Positions 55,387 to 64,000 of a DNA stretch of 64,000 nucleotides are shown here, piece after piece. The stretch is taken from contig JACRCE010000063.1 of the NCBI GenBank assembly GCA_016213015.1, positions 39 through 64,038 of the forward strand, given 5' to 3'. The DNA comes from Deltaproteobacteria bacterium (GTDB lineage: Bacteria > Desulfobacterota > GWC2-55-46). How positions within the stretch are numbered: the stretch's first letter is position 1; each line of letters begins with the position of its first letter. A model generated the notes under the pieces. That model had not been told where the DNA came from. It did not search any database and saw nothing but the letters and a program-made list of their open reading frames with translations. The position numbers and the translations under genes are program-made.

Positions 55387-56400
55387 ATGCTTCTTAAAGA
55401 CCTCGGCGAAGATCATATCGTAAAACAATTGGCTTGTCGGCTTGGGCAGAAACATCCGCGTCTCATCAAAGGCATCGGCGACGATACGAGCGTAACCGTT
55501 CAGAGGACGGGACGCGCACTCCTTTCAACGACCGATACGCTCATAGAAGGCGTGCATTTTTCCCTTTCCTATGCCCCTGCCCGCCTTATCGGCAGAAAGT
55601 CCCTTTCAATATCCGTCTCAGACATAGCGGCAATGGGCGGGGTGCCGCTTTTCGGCCTTGTCTCCATTGCCATGCCGGGGCGCACGGAAAAAAGATTTCT
55701 TGACGAACTTTACAAAGGGCTTCAAGACGTTGCCCGCTCGTCAAAGCTCGTCATCGTCGGCGGCAACACGGCGCGGTTTGAAGGCGCGGTTATCGTCTCG
55801 ACGACGGTAATCGGAGAAGCGCCGGGCAAGATGATCGTGTACAGAAGCGGCGCAAGGCCGGGGGACATAATCTACGTAACCGGTACGCTTGGAGACAGCG
55901 CCCTTGGGTTAAGAGTCCTCCAAGAGCGCGGTATCGGGGCGTTAAAAAGCAGACTCAAAAAAGCGGTCATCAGGCATCTTGACCCTCAACCAAGGCTTGC
56001 GGCTGGAGTTGGGTTGTCCACAGCACGGCTTGCAAGTGCAATGATCGACGTAAGCGACGGGCTACTTCTCGACCTTAAAAGGCTTTGCGAGGCGAGCGCG
56101 GTTTCAGCCGTGGTTGAGCTTTCTCGCGTGCCCGTGTCAAGGACGCTTGAAGATTATTGCGGCAAAGAGGGCCTTGATGGCGCGCAATTTTCACTCTCCG
56201 GCGGAGAGGACTATGAACTCCTGTTTACCTCACCGCCGTCCGCCGCAAAGGCGATAGAGAGGCTTTCAAAACGTTTGAAGTTGAATATGACGCCGATAGG
56301 CAAGATTGCCCAGCCGACAAAAAAGGGAAGCCGTTTGAGGGTCTTGGATAAGGACGGCGCTTCGCTCAAGATAACAAGGATTGGGTTCGAGCATTTTTAA
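55387..56400 (+). CDS. thiL: Thiamine-monophosphate kinase
   Basis: AIR-synthase-related fold; G.GDD.S, TD.L.EGVHF and IGGN motifs; 337 aa. Confidence 0.8.
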   Translation: MLLKDLGEDHIVKQLACRLGQKHPRLIKGIGDDTSVTVQRTGRALLSTTDTLIEGVHFSLSYAPARLIGRKSLSISVSDIAAMGGVPLFGLVSIAMPGRTEKRFLDELYKGLQDVARSSKLVIVGGNTARFEGAVIVSTTVIGEAPGKMIVYRSGARPGDIIYVTGTLGDSALGLRVLQERGIGALKSRLKKAVIRHLDPQPRLAAGVGLSTARLASAMIDVSDGLLLDLKRLCEASAVSAVVELSRVPVSRTLEDYCGKEGLDGAQFSLSGGEDYELLFTSPPSAAKAIERLSKRLKLNMTPIGKIAQPTKKGSRLRVLDKDGASLKITRIGFEHF

Positions 56401-56497
56401 GCAAGGGTTGACTCCCGCTCAAGACTTTCCGCCGTTTTGCCGATATGGTAATTGACGCCGGCGACCGCTCTTGCAAAAAGGGCTTATCCTAGGCCGA

Positions 56498-56526
56498 TTG
56501 ACTTGGAGCAAGATTAATCCTATAAT
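56498..56526 (+). promoter_or_regulatory. Consensus sigma70 promoter TTGACT-N17-TATAAT upstream of the chemotaxis operon
   Basis: Seen directly about 25 nt upstream of the mcp start. Confidence 0.45.
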
Positions 56527-56552
56527 GATTTTACACTTCTTAGATAGAGGCT

Positions 56553-57818
56553 TTGGACATGCGGATACCCATTGGTTATAAGTTCATTCTCGGCTTCATG
56601 ATAGTCGTTGCCGCGGCCGCGTTCATTCCCGACGTTGTTGACGGTCTTGACATATATGAGTGGCTCAAAAAACCGGTAAGTTTTCTTTCGGCCATTCTGA
56701 TAGGGCTTATATTGGGTTCGGTATTTACCAAGGGTCTTACCAGACACTTCAAGCGTATAACCGATTTAGCCAGGAAGATAAGCGAAGGGGACTTGACCGG
56801 CTCGGACAACGCGGGCAGGAGAAAGTTTTTCGACGACGAGATGAGCGATCTTGAGCGCGGGGTCAGGTCGATGTCGGCGAGTCTGCGAGGACTTGTCGAG
56901 AGCTTGAAGCAGACGATCGAAAATCTGACCGATGCGCTCAAGGTCTACGGCGACGTTGCCGCAAAGGGGCAGGAGACCTCGCAGGAGCTTTCAGCCGGGG
57001 CAACCAGCATCTTTGACGGGGCGCTGATGCAGTCCAATCACATCGGGGACGCCTCGGCCGCGGTGAAATCAATGGCCGCGCTGGCCGACGAGATGGCCGG
57101 CAAGGTCAACGACAACGCCAACGCCTCGCAAAAGGTCAACTCGATGGTGCAAAGGGGCGCAACCGCCGCCACGAGCGCCATCGAGAAGATGGAGACCATG
57201 TTCAAGGGCGTCGAGAACACGGAGGCCGCGGCTGAGCGTCTGAAGGAGAAGATAAACGACATCCCAAAGATACTCGACGTCATTACGCACATATCGCGTC
57301 AGACAGATCTTCTTGCGCTCAACGCGACCATAGAGGCGTCAAAGGCCGGGGAGCACGGCAGGGGTTTTGCCATGGTGGCCGAGGAGGTAAGGAGATTCGC
57401 GGACAACACCAACAACAGCGTGCAGGACGTCTCCCTCATAGTAAAGGAGTTGAAGCTTGACGTTGAGCGCGCTGTCCTTTCCGCAAGCGAAGGAGTAGCC
57501 TACCTCAAGGGCGGCAGGGAGGATTTGAGGAAGATACGAGAGATATTGGTGGATATTACGAACTATACCGTCGGCGTGGCCGAGATGGGCGCGGTCATAC
57601 TTGAACTTACGCATAAACAGAAGGAAAAGGCCGACAAGACCGTTGATATAATAGGCGAGGTTGCCGGCATAGCGCACGAGAACCTGACGAGTACGGAGAA
57701 GGTGGAGTCCGCGCTGTCAAGGCATGAGACGGCGATAAACGAGACGCTGGAGGCGTCGAGAAAACTTGCTGAACTGTCGGAGGAACTCAGGGTTGTCGCG
57801 GCAAGGTTCTATCTCTGA
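56553..57818 (+). CDS. Methyl-accepting chemotaxis protein (two TM helices, HAMP, MCP signalling domain)
   Basis: 421 aa with an N-terminal TM pair, HAMP, and the highly conserved signalling hairpin (QTDLLALNATIEASKAGEHGRGFAMVAEEVRRFA). Confidence 0.85.
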   Translation: MDMRIPIGYKFILGFMIVVAAAAFIPDVVDGLDIYEWLKKPVSFLSAILIGLILGSVFTKGLTRHFKRITDLARKISEGDLTGSDNAGRRKFFDDEMSDLERGVRSMSASLRGLVESLKQTIENLTDALKVYGDVAAKGQETSQELSAGATSIFDGALMQSNHIGDASAAVKSMAALADEMAGKVNDNANASQKVNSMVQRGATAATSAIEKMETMFKGVENTEAAAERLKEKINDIPKILDVITHISRQTDLLALNATIEASKAGEHGRGFAMVAEEVRRFADNTNNSVQDVSLIVKELKLDVERAVLSASEGVAYLKGGREDLRKIREILVDITNYTVGVAEMGAVILELTHKQKEKADKTVDIIGEVAGIAHENLTSTEKVESALSRHETAINETLEASRKLAELSEELRVVAARFYL

Positions 57819-57853
57819 CCTTTGCGGCGAGACCGACGAGTCGGGAGCCGGTT

Positions 57854-58309
57854 ATGGATGCGGATAAGCTCACAATAGCGCTCGGCGGTCTGGAGCTTGC
57901 CCTTTATACCACCGACATAGCGGGCATATTGGAGCCGCGAAGGATACCCCGGCTGCCTTACGGCTCCGGTCTTGCAACGGGCGTTATCGGCATGAGGGGC
58001 GCCCCGATTGTAGTTATCGATCTCAGACGGGCATTTAACCTTCCCCCTCTTGGCAGGGACTTGGCGGCTTACCGACGCGTCGTAGTGGTAAAGACCAGGG
58101 GGCAACAGATCGGTCTTGACATAGGTACGGCCGGCCTCGGTTTTATCTGGGCTGAAGAGGCGTTGAACGGCAATACGGCCGAGGATAAGTCAGCCTTTAC
58201 AAGTTCAATCCTTGAGATGAACGGACGGAGGGTGCGCGTGATAGACTGCGCGGCGCTTTTTGACGAGACAGCGAGAATACTCTCAACGGAACTGACCAGT
58301 GATCAATAA
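57854..58309 (+). CDS. cheW: CheW-like chemotaxis coupling protein
   Basis: 151 aa with a CheW-like domain (LPYGSGLATGVIGMRGAPIVVIDLR). Confidence 0.8.
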   Translation: MDADKLTIALGGLELALYTTDIAGILEPRRIPRLPYGSGLATGVIGMRGAPIVVIDLRRAFNLPPLGRDLAAYRRVVVVKTRGQQIGLDIGTAGLGFIWAEEALNGNTAEDKSAFTSSILEMNGRRVRVIDCAALFDETARILSTELTSDQ

Positions 58310-58658
58310 GAGAATATTGATAGCGGACGACATGTCGTTTTATAGAACAGCGCTCAAGGACGTGCTTTCGCGTCATGCCTATGAGGTGGTCGGCGAGGCG
58401 GCGGACGGCGCTCAGGCCGTCAAGCTGGCCGCGGAGTTAAAGCCCGACATCGCCATACTCGATATCGTCATGCCCGTGAAGACCGGCCTTGACGCGGCCG
58501 CGGAGATAAGGGCGCTTAATCCGGCCATAAAGATAGTCATGTGCTCGTCGCTCGGCAACGACGCAATCGTCGCGGAGGCGCGTTCAACCGGCGCAAGCGG
58601 CTACATCATAAAGCCGTTTGACGACGAGGCCGTGCTTAAGGCGCTTAAAGGGTGTTAG
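58299..58658 (+). CDS. cheY: CheY-like response regulator receiver
   Basis: 119 aa with DD pocket, the phospho-acceptor Asp in ILDIVMP and a conserved Lys in IIKPF. Confidence 0.85.
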   Translation: MINKRILIADDMSFYRTALKDVLSRHAYEVVGEAADGAQAVKLAAELKPDIAILDIVMPVKTGLDAAAEIRALNPAIKIVMCSSLGNDAIVAEARSTGASGYIIKPFDDEAVLKALKGC

Positions 58659-58781
58659 TCGAAAGAATAATAGTCTTCAAGTGATGTCTCCCTGCCTTTG
58701 CGTCCAAATTCAAAGACGTCTTGAGCCGCATCGTTGAAACTTAGACCTGCGCGCCTTGCATCCGAAGCGGAGAGAGTCACG

Positions 58782-60380
58782 GTGGACACCTCAAAATACA
58801 GGGCGTTGTATCTGCAGGAGGCCGGCGAACATCTGCGCGGCATAGAGGATAAGCTCATCGCGCTTGAGAAAAACCCGGCTGACGAGGCCGTTGTAGACGC
58901 TCTGTTCAGGCATTATCATTCGATAAAAGGCATGTCCGCCTCGATGGGCTATGAGACCATCAAGAGCCTCTCTCACGCTCAGGAGGAGCTGCTTGACAAC
59001 GTGCGCCGGAAAAAGGTCGCATCCGCCGCAGGGTTTGCGCCGGCGCTGTTGGAGGGCCTTGACGTAATGAGGGCGCTTGTCAAGAAGGTAGAGGAAGGGA
59101 CAAGCCCGGACGCCGATATATCTCATTGTCTTGACGCGCTAAGGGATGCGCTTGCCGGAGGCGCCTTAAGCCGCCCCAAGCCGCCGGAGGAGCGCGTTCA
59201 TGAGTTGAAGCTTTCCAGCGTTATGAAGGTTGACGGCGCGGTGTTTGATGATCTTCTGTCCACGACCGGAGAGATGGTAATGTCGTTGTCCGCCGTAAGG
59301 CTCTCCTCTCAGCGGTTTCGTTCCATCGAGTTGAAGGACGGCATACATCAGCTCGGTAAGGAGATAAACCGGCTCTACGAGCGGATACTTGAGGCAAGGA
59401 TGCTCCCGGCTGAGACGCTTGTCGCGTCGCTTCCGAGGGTTATTAGGGATTTATCCGTTGCGAGCGGCAAGCAGGTGGAACTCTCCATGCAAGGGATCGA
59501 GCTCGGGCTTGATCGTTCCATACTCGAAGGTATTGCGCCCGCGCTCGTTCATATCATAAGGAATTGCGTGGATCACGGACTGGAGACTGCTTCTGAGCGC
59601 GAGAAGGCCGGCAAACCGGCCGTCGGCCGTATTTCGATAAAGGTGTACGCGAAAAAGGACAAGGTGGTCATCGAGGTTAGCGACGACGGCAAGGGTATAA
59701 ACGCGGCGAAGGTAAGGCTTGCGGCGCGCTCTAAGGGCTACGACGCGGAAAGGCTCAACGCCATGACGGATAAGGAGGCCTGCATGCTCGTTTGCCTTCC
59801 AGGTCTGTCCAGCGCGGATAAGGTTACGGATGTGTCGGGAAGAGGGGTCGGCATGGACGCGGTAAAGAGCGTCGTTGACGCGCTTCGCGGCGTTCTCGAT
59901 ATAGAATCCAGCCTTGGCAAGGGAACGACGATAAGGATGGAACTGCCGAGGACAACGGCGATAGTAAAGGCGCTCCTCGTGAACGTGGCCGATGAGCGGT
60001 ATCTTATGCCGGTGTCGGTTATCGAAAGGGTAGCGCTCGTGAGCGAGAAGGATATCTCAAGCGGCGCTTTTGTCTATGAGGGCGAGGCCATCCCGATAAT
60101 CCATCTTGCCGTTGCGTTCGGAATCGAGGCCGAATACGGGGAGGAGTCTCGTACGCTTATCATAGTGGAAGACAACGGCCTCGGCGCGTCTAAAAGACTC
60201 GTCGGATTCGTCGCGACCGGCTACGGCGAAGAGATGGACGCGTACATCAAGCCGCTTGTCCCGCCTGCTGCGAAACTCTGCGGCGTCTCCGGGATTGCGG
60301 TAATGGGCGACGGAACCCCTGTGTTTATGCTTGATCCTGAGAGAATAGCGGAACGCGCCTTTAGGCAGGCCATACGGTGA
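58782..60380 (+). CDS. cheA: Chemotaxis histidine kinase CheA
   Basis: Hpt domain with the phospho-His motif FRHYHSIKGMSASMG, a dimerisation region, HATPase (G1/G2 boxes GRGVGMD, GKGT) and a C-terminal CheW-like domain. GTG start with a GGAGAG RBS is favoured over the upstream ATG at 58734. Confidence 0.85.
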   Translation: MDTSKYRALYLQEAGEHLRGIEDKLIALEKNPADEAVVDALFRHYHSIKGMSASMGYETIKSLSHAQEELLDNVRRKKVASAAGFAPALLEGLDVMRALVKKVEEGTSPDADISHCLDALRDALAGGALSRPKPPEERVHELKLSSVMKVDGAVFDDLLSTTGEMVMSLSAVRLSSQRFRSIELKDGIHQLGKEINRLYERILEARMLPAETLVASLPRVIRDLSVASGKQVELSMQGIELGLDRSILEGIAPALVHIIRNCVDHGLETASEREKAGKPAVGRISIKVYAKKDKVVIEVSDDGKGINAAKVRLAARSKGYDAERLNAMTDKEACMLVCLPGLSSADKVTDVSGRGVGMDAVKSVVDALRGVLDIESSLGKGTTIRMELPRTTAIVKALLVNVADERYLMPVSVIERVALVSEKDISSGAFVYEGEAIPIIHLAVAFGIEAEYGEESRTLIIVEDNGLGASKRLVGFVATGYGEEMDAYIKPLVPPAAKLCGVSGIAVMGDGTPVFMLDPERIAERAFRQAIR

Positions 60381-61126
60381 ACGCGAAAACTGTTGAAAGG
60401 ATACTGCGAGAGGTGCGCTCCGGCGTCATGAGCGTTGAGGCCGCAGCCGAGCGTTTCAAGACTCTGCCCTTTGAAGACCTCGAGTTTGCCACATTGTACA
60501 CGCACAGGATGCTCCGCAGGGGCTTTTCAGAGGTCATCTACGGCCAAGGCAAGACCGTAGACCAGATAAAGGCCATTATAAAGGCAATGCTTTCCAGAAA
60601 GGAAAACTGCCTTGTAACAAGGGTGGACGAGGCAAAGGGCAAGGCGCTTAAAAAGACCTATCGCTCCGCGGATTACGACGCCGTGTCAAAGACCTTTTTC
60701 GTCAAATCTCATTCGGTAGAAATAAAGGGCAAGGGAACGATACTCGTCATAAGCGCCGGAACGTCCGACGTGCCGGTTGCCGAGGAGGCGGCAAGGGTGG
60801 CCGCTTACATGGGCAACCGCGTCGAGCGGCTTTATGACGTGGGGGTCGCGGGCATACACAGGCTTCTTATGAGGAACGACGAGTTGCGTAAAGCCAACGT
60901 CCTTGTCGTAGTCGCGGGCATGGAGGGCGCGCTTCCAAGCGTTGTTGCCGGGCTTGTGGACAGGCCGGTCATCGCCGTGCCGACAAGCGTGGGGTACGGC
61001 GCGAATCTCGGCGGCATTACGACGCTCATGGCGATGCTCAATTCCTGCGCCTCCGGCGTGTCCGTGGTCAACATAGACAACGGCTTCGGCGCGGCTTACG
61101 TCGCCTGCCTCATAAACAGGGTATAA
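60377..61126 (+). CDS. larB: Nickel-pincer cofactor biosynthesis protein LarB (PurE-like AIR-carboxylase family)
   Basis: 249 aa with a PurE-like fold (ILVISAGTSDVPVAEEA..., VVVAGMEGALPSVVAGL). Its start overlaps the cheA stop by 4 bp and it is directly followed by larC. Confidence 0.75.
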   Translation: MNAKTVERILREVRSGVMSVEAAAERFKTLPFEDLEFATLYTHRMLRRGFSEVIYGQGKTVDQIKAIIKAMLSRKENCLVTRVDEAKGKALKKTYRSADYDAVSKTFFVKSHSVEIKGKGTILVISAGTSDVPVAEEAARVAAYMGNRVERLYDVGVAGIHRLLMRNDELRKANVLVVVAGMEGALPSVVAGLVDRPVIAVPTSVGYGANLGGITTLMAMLNSCASGVSVVNIDNGFGAAYVACLINRV

Positions 61127-62326
61127 GTGAAGATACTTTATTTCGACTGTCCGATGGGCATAAGCGGCGACATGTTTCTCGGCGCGCTCATAGACCTCGG
61201 CGTGGACCTCAAGGAGATAGTTGCCGGGCTCGCCGCCATGCCGCTTGACGTGAACAATCCCGACAATCGTTTTGACCTGTCGGCTGCCAAGGTGCAGCGC
61301 CACTCCATTACGGCCACCACCTTTCGCGTAAAGTTTGCCCATTCCCATCACCACAGGACATACAGGGACATAAAGGAGCTTATAAAGGCAAGCGGCCTGA
61401 AAAAGGGCGTGAAGGAACTAAGCCTTGCCATATTCAAAACAATAGCCGTTGCCGAAGCAAGGATACACGGCATAAAGGCCGATGACGTGCACTTTCATGA
61501 GATCGGCGCACTGGATTCGATCGTGGACATAATCGGAGCGGCAATCGCGCTGGATACGCTCGGCATCGACAGGTTTGTTGCGTCCCCGATCGCCCTTGGC
61601 TCCGGTTGGGCAAAGACCATGCACGGCACTATCCCGATACCCGCGCCCGCCACCCTTGAGATATTGAAGGGTGTGCCGACAATTTCAGGCAACGCGCCGT
61701 TTGAGCTGACCACTCCGACCGGCGCGGCAATCGTAAAGACCGTTGCGTCCTCATTCGGCCCGATGCCCGCTATGGCCATTGAAAAGATCGGCTACGGCGC
61801 GGGCAAGAAAGATTTCAAGGATGCGGCAAACCTTTTGCGTATCGTCATCGGGAGCTTTGAGCCCAACGAGCCGAGGAATGAGAGGCAAACAGAGGGCCTT
61901 ATCGTCCTTGAGACGAATATAGACGACCAGACCCCTCAACTTTCAGGGTACATGATGGACGTGTTGTTGGAGGCGGGCGCGCTTGACGTCTATATCACGT
62001 CCGTACAGATGAAGAAGGACAGGCCGGGAATACTATTAACCGTGCTTGCGTCGCAACGAGACGGCTACGCTCTTACTGATATTATATTCAAGGAGTCCAG
62101 CGCCATAGGCGTGCGCTCGTATCCGGTTTCCCGGCGTTGCCTTGACAGACGCATTGAAAAGGTCAGGACGCGCTGGGGCGTCGCGCGCGTCAAGATCGCC
62201 TCCTTGAACGGGGTTGTATTGAACAGACAGCCGGAATACGAGGATTGCAAGGCGCTTGCGGAAAAGAAAGGCGTCCCGCTCAAGAAGGTGATGGAGGCCG
62301 TCATAGCCGCCATGAAGGACGGATAG
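61127..62326 (+). CDS. larC: Nickel-pincer cofactor biosynthesis nickel-insertion protein LarC (DUF111)
   Basis: N-terminus MKILYFDCPMGISGDMFLGALIDLGV, typical of LarC; 399 aa. Confidence 0.85.
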   Translation: MKILYFDCPMGISGDMFLGALIDLGVDLKEIVAGLAAMPLDVNNPDNRFDLSAAKVQRHSITATTFRVKFAHSHHHRTYRDIKELIKASGLKKGVKELSLAIFKTIAVAEARIHGIKADDVHFHEIGALDSIVDIIGAAIALDTLGIDRFVASPIALGSGWAKTMHGTIPIPAPATLEILKGVPTISGNAPFELTTPTGAAIVKTVASSFGPMPAMAIEKIGYGAGKKDFKDAANLLRIVIGSFEPNEPRNERQTEGLIVLETNIDDQTPQLSGYMMDVLLEAGALDVYITSVQMKKDRPGILLTVLASQRDGYALTDIIFKESSAIGVRSYPVSRRCLDRRIEKVRTRWGVARVKIASLNGVVLNRQPEYEDCKALAEKKGVPLKKVMEAVIAAMKDG

Positions 62327-62339
62327 GCGATAGGCTTAG

Positions 62340-62400
62340 AAGCCGTGATGAGGCCGCGAGCCGTGTGAAAAAGAAATCTTTTACGGTCACGGTTTACGGC
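62340..62400. repeat. Heptamer-hairpin element: CCGTGTGAAAAAGAAATCTTTTACGG-TCACGG-TTTACGG
   Basis: Near-identical to the core of 45281-45343; directly 3' of larC. Confidence 0.45.
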
Positions 62401-62486
62401 TTTTTTACAAAAAAGGGCGTGAAGCGCCGCAGGCAACAATAGTAATCGTCAGCCTTGGCGTCTATCCCCAACTAAAAGTTTTTTAG

Positions 62487-62512
62487 CTCACCTTTTTTGC
62501 AAAAAAGGTGAG
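62487..62512. promoter_or_regulatory. Perfect 12+12-bp inverted repeat CTCACCTTTTTT-GC-AAAAAAGGTGAG abutting a TTGACT-N16-TATATT promoter upstream of the MBL-fold hydrolase gene (terminator or operator)
   Basis: Palindrome and promoter-like hexamers seen directly; a T-run follows at 62522-62530. Confidence 0.4.
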
Positions 62513-62606
62513 TTGACTAACGGTTTTTTTGTGTTATATTCTGTGGTATACTTGATGATGTCGTACGTAATTCACATCGGATAACGCCGCGTCAAACAAG
62601 GACTTC

Positions 62607-63446
62607 ATGATAATACGTTGCTGGGGAGCAAGGGGATCCATAGCGGTATCCGGCAGGGAGTACCTCAAGTACGGCGGTGATACGGCGTGCATAGAGGTGA
62701 AGGGCAACGCCGGAGACCTCATCATAATAGACGCCGGCACCGGCATCAGGGCGCTCGGCAACGCCCTCGCGCACGAGAAGAAAAAGAAGATACACCTTTT
62801 GCTGACGCACGCACACTGGGACCATCTCTCAGGCTTTCCATTTTTCAAACCCGTCTACTCAAAGGACTGCTCCATCAAGGTCTACGGCCCGCAGGCGACT
62901 CAGCAGTCGGTGAAGAACATCATCTCAAAGGCCATGAGCGCCCCGTACTTTCCCATAGAGCTTGAGGACATAAACGCGGAGATAACCTTCCTCGGCATGG
63001 GCAACAAAAGTTACTCCATCGGCACGGTGAATATCACGACCGTGCCGCTCAGCCATCCGAATCAGGGCGTCGGTTATAAACTGGAGGAGGACGGCAAGAC
63101 GTTCGTCTTTATAACCGACAACGAGTTGACGCATCATCACACCGGCGGGCTTGATCACAAGGAATACGTCAATTTTGCAAGAGGGGCGGACGTCCTGTTT
63201 CACGACGCGGAATATTGCCGCGCCGAGTATAAGCATACCGAAGGCTGGGGGCACTCGGTTTACCTTGACACGCTTGACCTTGCGCTTGAGGCAGGCGTGA
63301 AGTGTCTCGGATTATTTCATCATAATCAGGACAGGACAGACGACGAGATAGACGGGATGGTTGAGGACTGCAGGCGCATTATCGCTGAGAAAGGTTCTAG
63401 GATGCAATGTTTCGCCGTTGCCACGGGCACGGAGATACAACTTTGA
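62607..63446 (+). CDS. MBL-fold metallo-hydrolase
   Basis: LLLTHAHWDH metal-binding motif; 279 aa. Confidence 0.8.
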   Translation: MIIRCWGARGSIAVSGREYLKYGGDTACIEVKGNAGDLIIIDAGTGIRALGNALAHEKKKKIHLLLTHAHWDHLSGFPFFKPVYSKDCSIKVYGPQATQQSVKNIISKAMSAPYFPIELEDINAEITFLGMGNKSYSIGTVNITTVPLSHPNQGVGYKLEEDGKTFVFITDNELTHHHTGGLDHKEYVNFARGADVLFHDAEYCRAEYKHTEGWGHSVYLDTLDLALEAGVKCLGLFHHNQDRTDDEIDGMVEDCRRIIAEKGSRMQCFAVATGTEIQL

Positions 63447-63464
63447 CGCGGCTCAAAAACCTCT

Positions 63465-63998
63465 TCACTCTCCCCGGACGTCCCTCGGCACACCCGCATT
63501 TGTCGCTTTTCTCAGAAGCTCCGTTCGTTGCTCTTTTAGCCTGACAAGTTGCGCTTCATCGGATGGTATCTCCGTCAAATACCTATCATAAGTCTCAAGG
63601 TCATTCTGATCGTATACAAGCTTGATGCGCTTTTGCTCCATGAATTTTGCACTGAACTGTTTTTTTTCGGCTATGGTCGCTTCAAGGCCGCTGAGCTCGT
63701 TTTTATTCATCACAAGCGCATCCCTCCACCATTCAAGCGGATGATCGCCGTATAACTCTTCAGAGGGCGGCGCTTGGGCGTCCCGCGCGGCTTCCGGCGC
63801 ATTGGTTTCAACGGATTGGGACGTTGGCGGTGGTGGTGTCTTCCGCGTTTTCATCTTGCCCCTGTACTCTTCAGGCACCTTATCAGGACTGTCCGTTATA
63901 TGCACCACGCCATTTTTATCCTTCCAGTGGTACAGATCGGCCTTTGCGTAGCCTGCGAAAAGGACGGTAAGCGCAACTATGACGATCAATGTCCTCAT
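63465..63998 (-). CDS. Secreted DUF4124-like protein
   Basis: Signal peptide, then YHWKDKNGVVHITDSPDKVP (DUF4124-like), a Pro-rich linker and a coiled-coil C-terminus; 177 aa. Confidence 0.6.
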   Translation of the reverse strand: MRTLIVIVALTVLFAGYAKADLYHWKDKNGVVHITDSPDKVPEEYRGKMKTRKTPPPPTSQSVETNAPEAARDAQAPPSEELYGDHPLEWWRDALVMNKNELSGLEATIAEKKQFSAKFMEQKRIKLVYDQNDLETYDRYLTEIPSDEAQLVRLKEQRTELLRKATNAGVPRDVRGE

Positions 63999-64000
63999 GC

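Overview
This is a GC-rich (about 60%) bacterial chromosomal segment that is mostly housekeeping and cell-envelope genes; all calls are read by eye from the six-frame translations with no database search. Recognised genes include rdgB, a cell-wall amidase, mfd, two tandem SurA-like chaperones with pdxA, a Kef-type antiporter, folD with a MetV-like protein, and a macA/macB efflux operon with a TolC-like channel. Further on come ald, lysS, lolC, lolD, bamA-skp-lpxD-fabZ-lpxA, lpxB-msbA-waaA-lpxK-lpxL, galU, hsp20-lon, thiL, a chemotaxis operon (mcp-cheW-cheY-cheA) and larB-larC. Several horizontally acquired insertions interrupt this backbone. (1) A low-GC, translationally coupled three-gene cassette of unknown function sits between macA and macB; this is the best candidate for an undescribed system. 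(2) A defence/addiction island carries a type II restriction-modification pair, an MmeI-family single-chain restriction-methylase, and BrnT/BrnA and VapB/VapC toxin-antitoxin pairs; a HepT/MntA pair lies elsewhere. (3) A low-GC surface-protein island has a FG-GAP/VCBS-like repeat protein interrupted by an in-frame TGA and sits under a promoter whose spacer contains a G9 tract. (4) An AlbA_2/HATPase_c_4-type gene, also with an in-frame TGA, is inserted in the lipid A gene cluster. Three non-coding repeat families are visible: a MITE-like element of about 210-300 bp with terminal inverted repeats (two full copies and one solo end), a roughly 120-bp element after the two outer-membrane protein genes, and GTCACGG/CCGTGAC heptamer-hairpin elements at four operon ends. 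Other points: an A10 homopolymer frameshift in a DUF374 gene within the lipopolysaccharide cluster, an array of CGGTTAT repeats upstream of folD, and several operator-like palindromes. No rRNA, tRNA, CRISPR array, transposase or integrase is visible.
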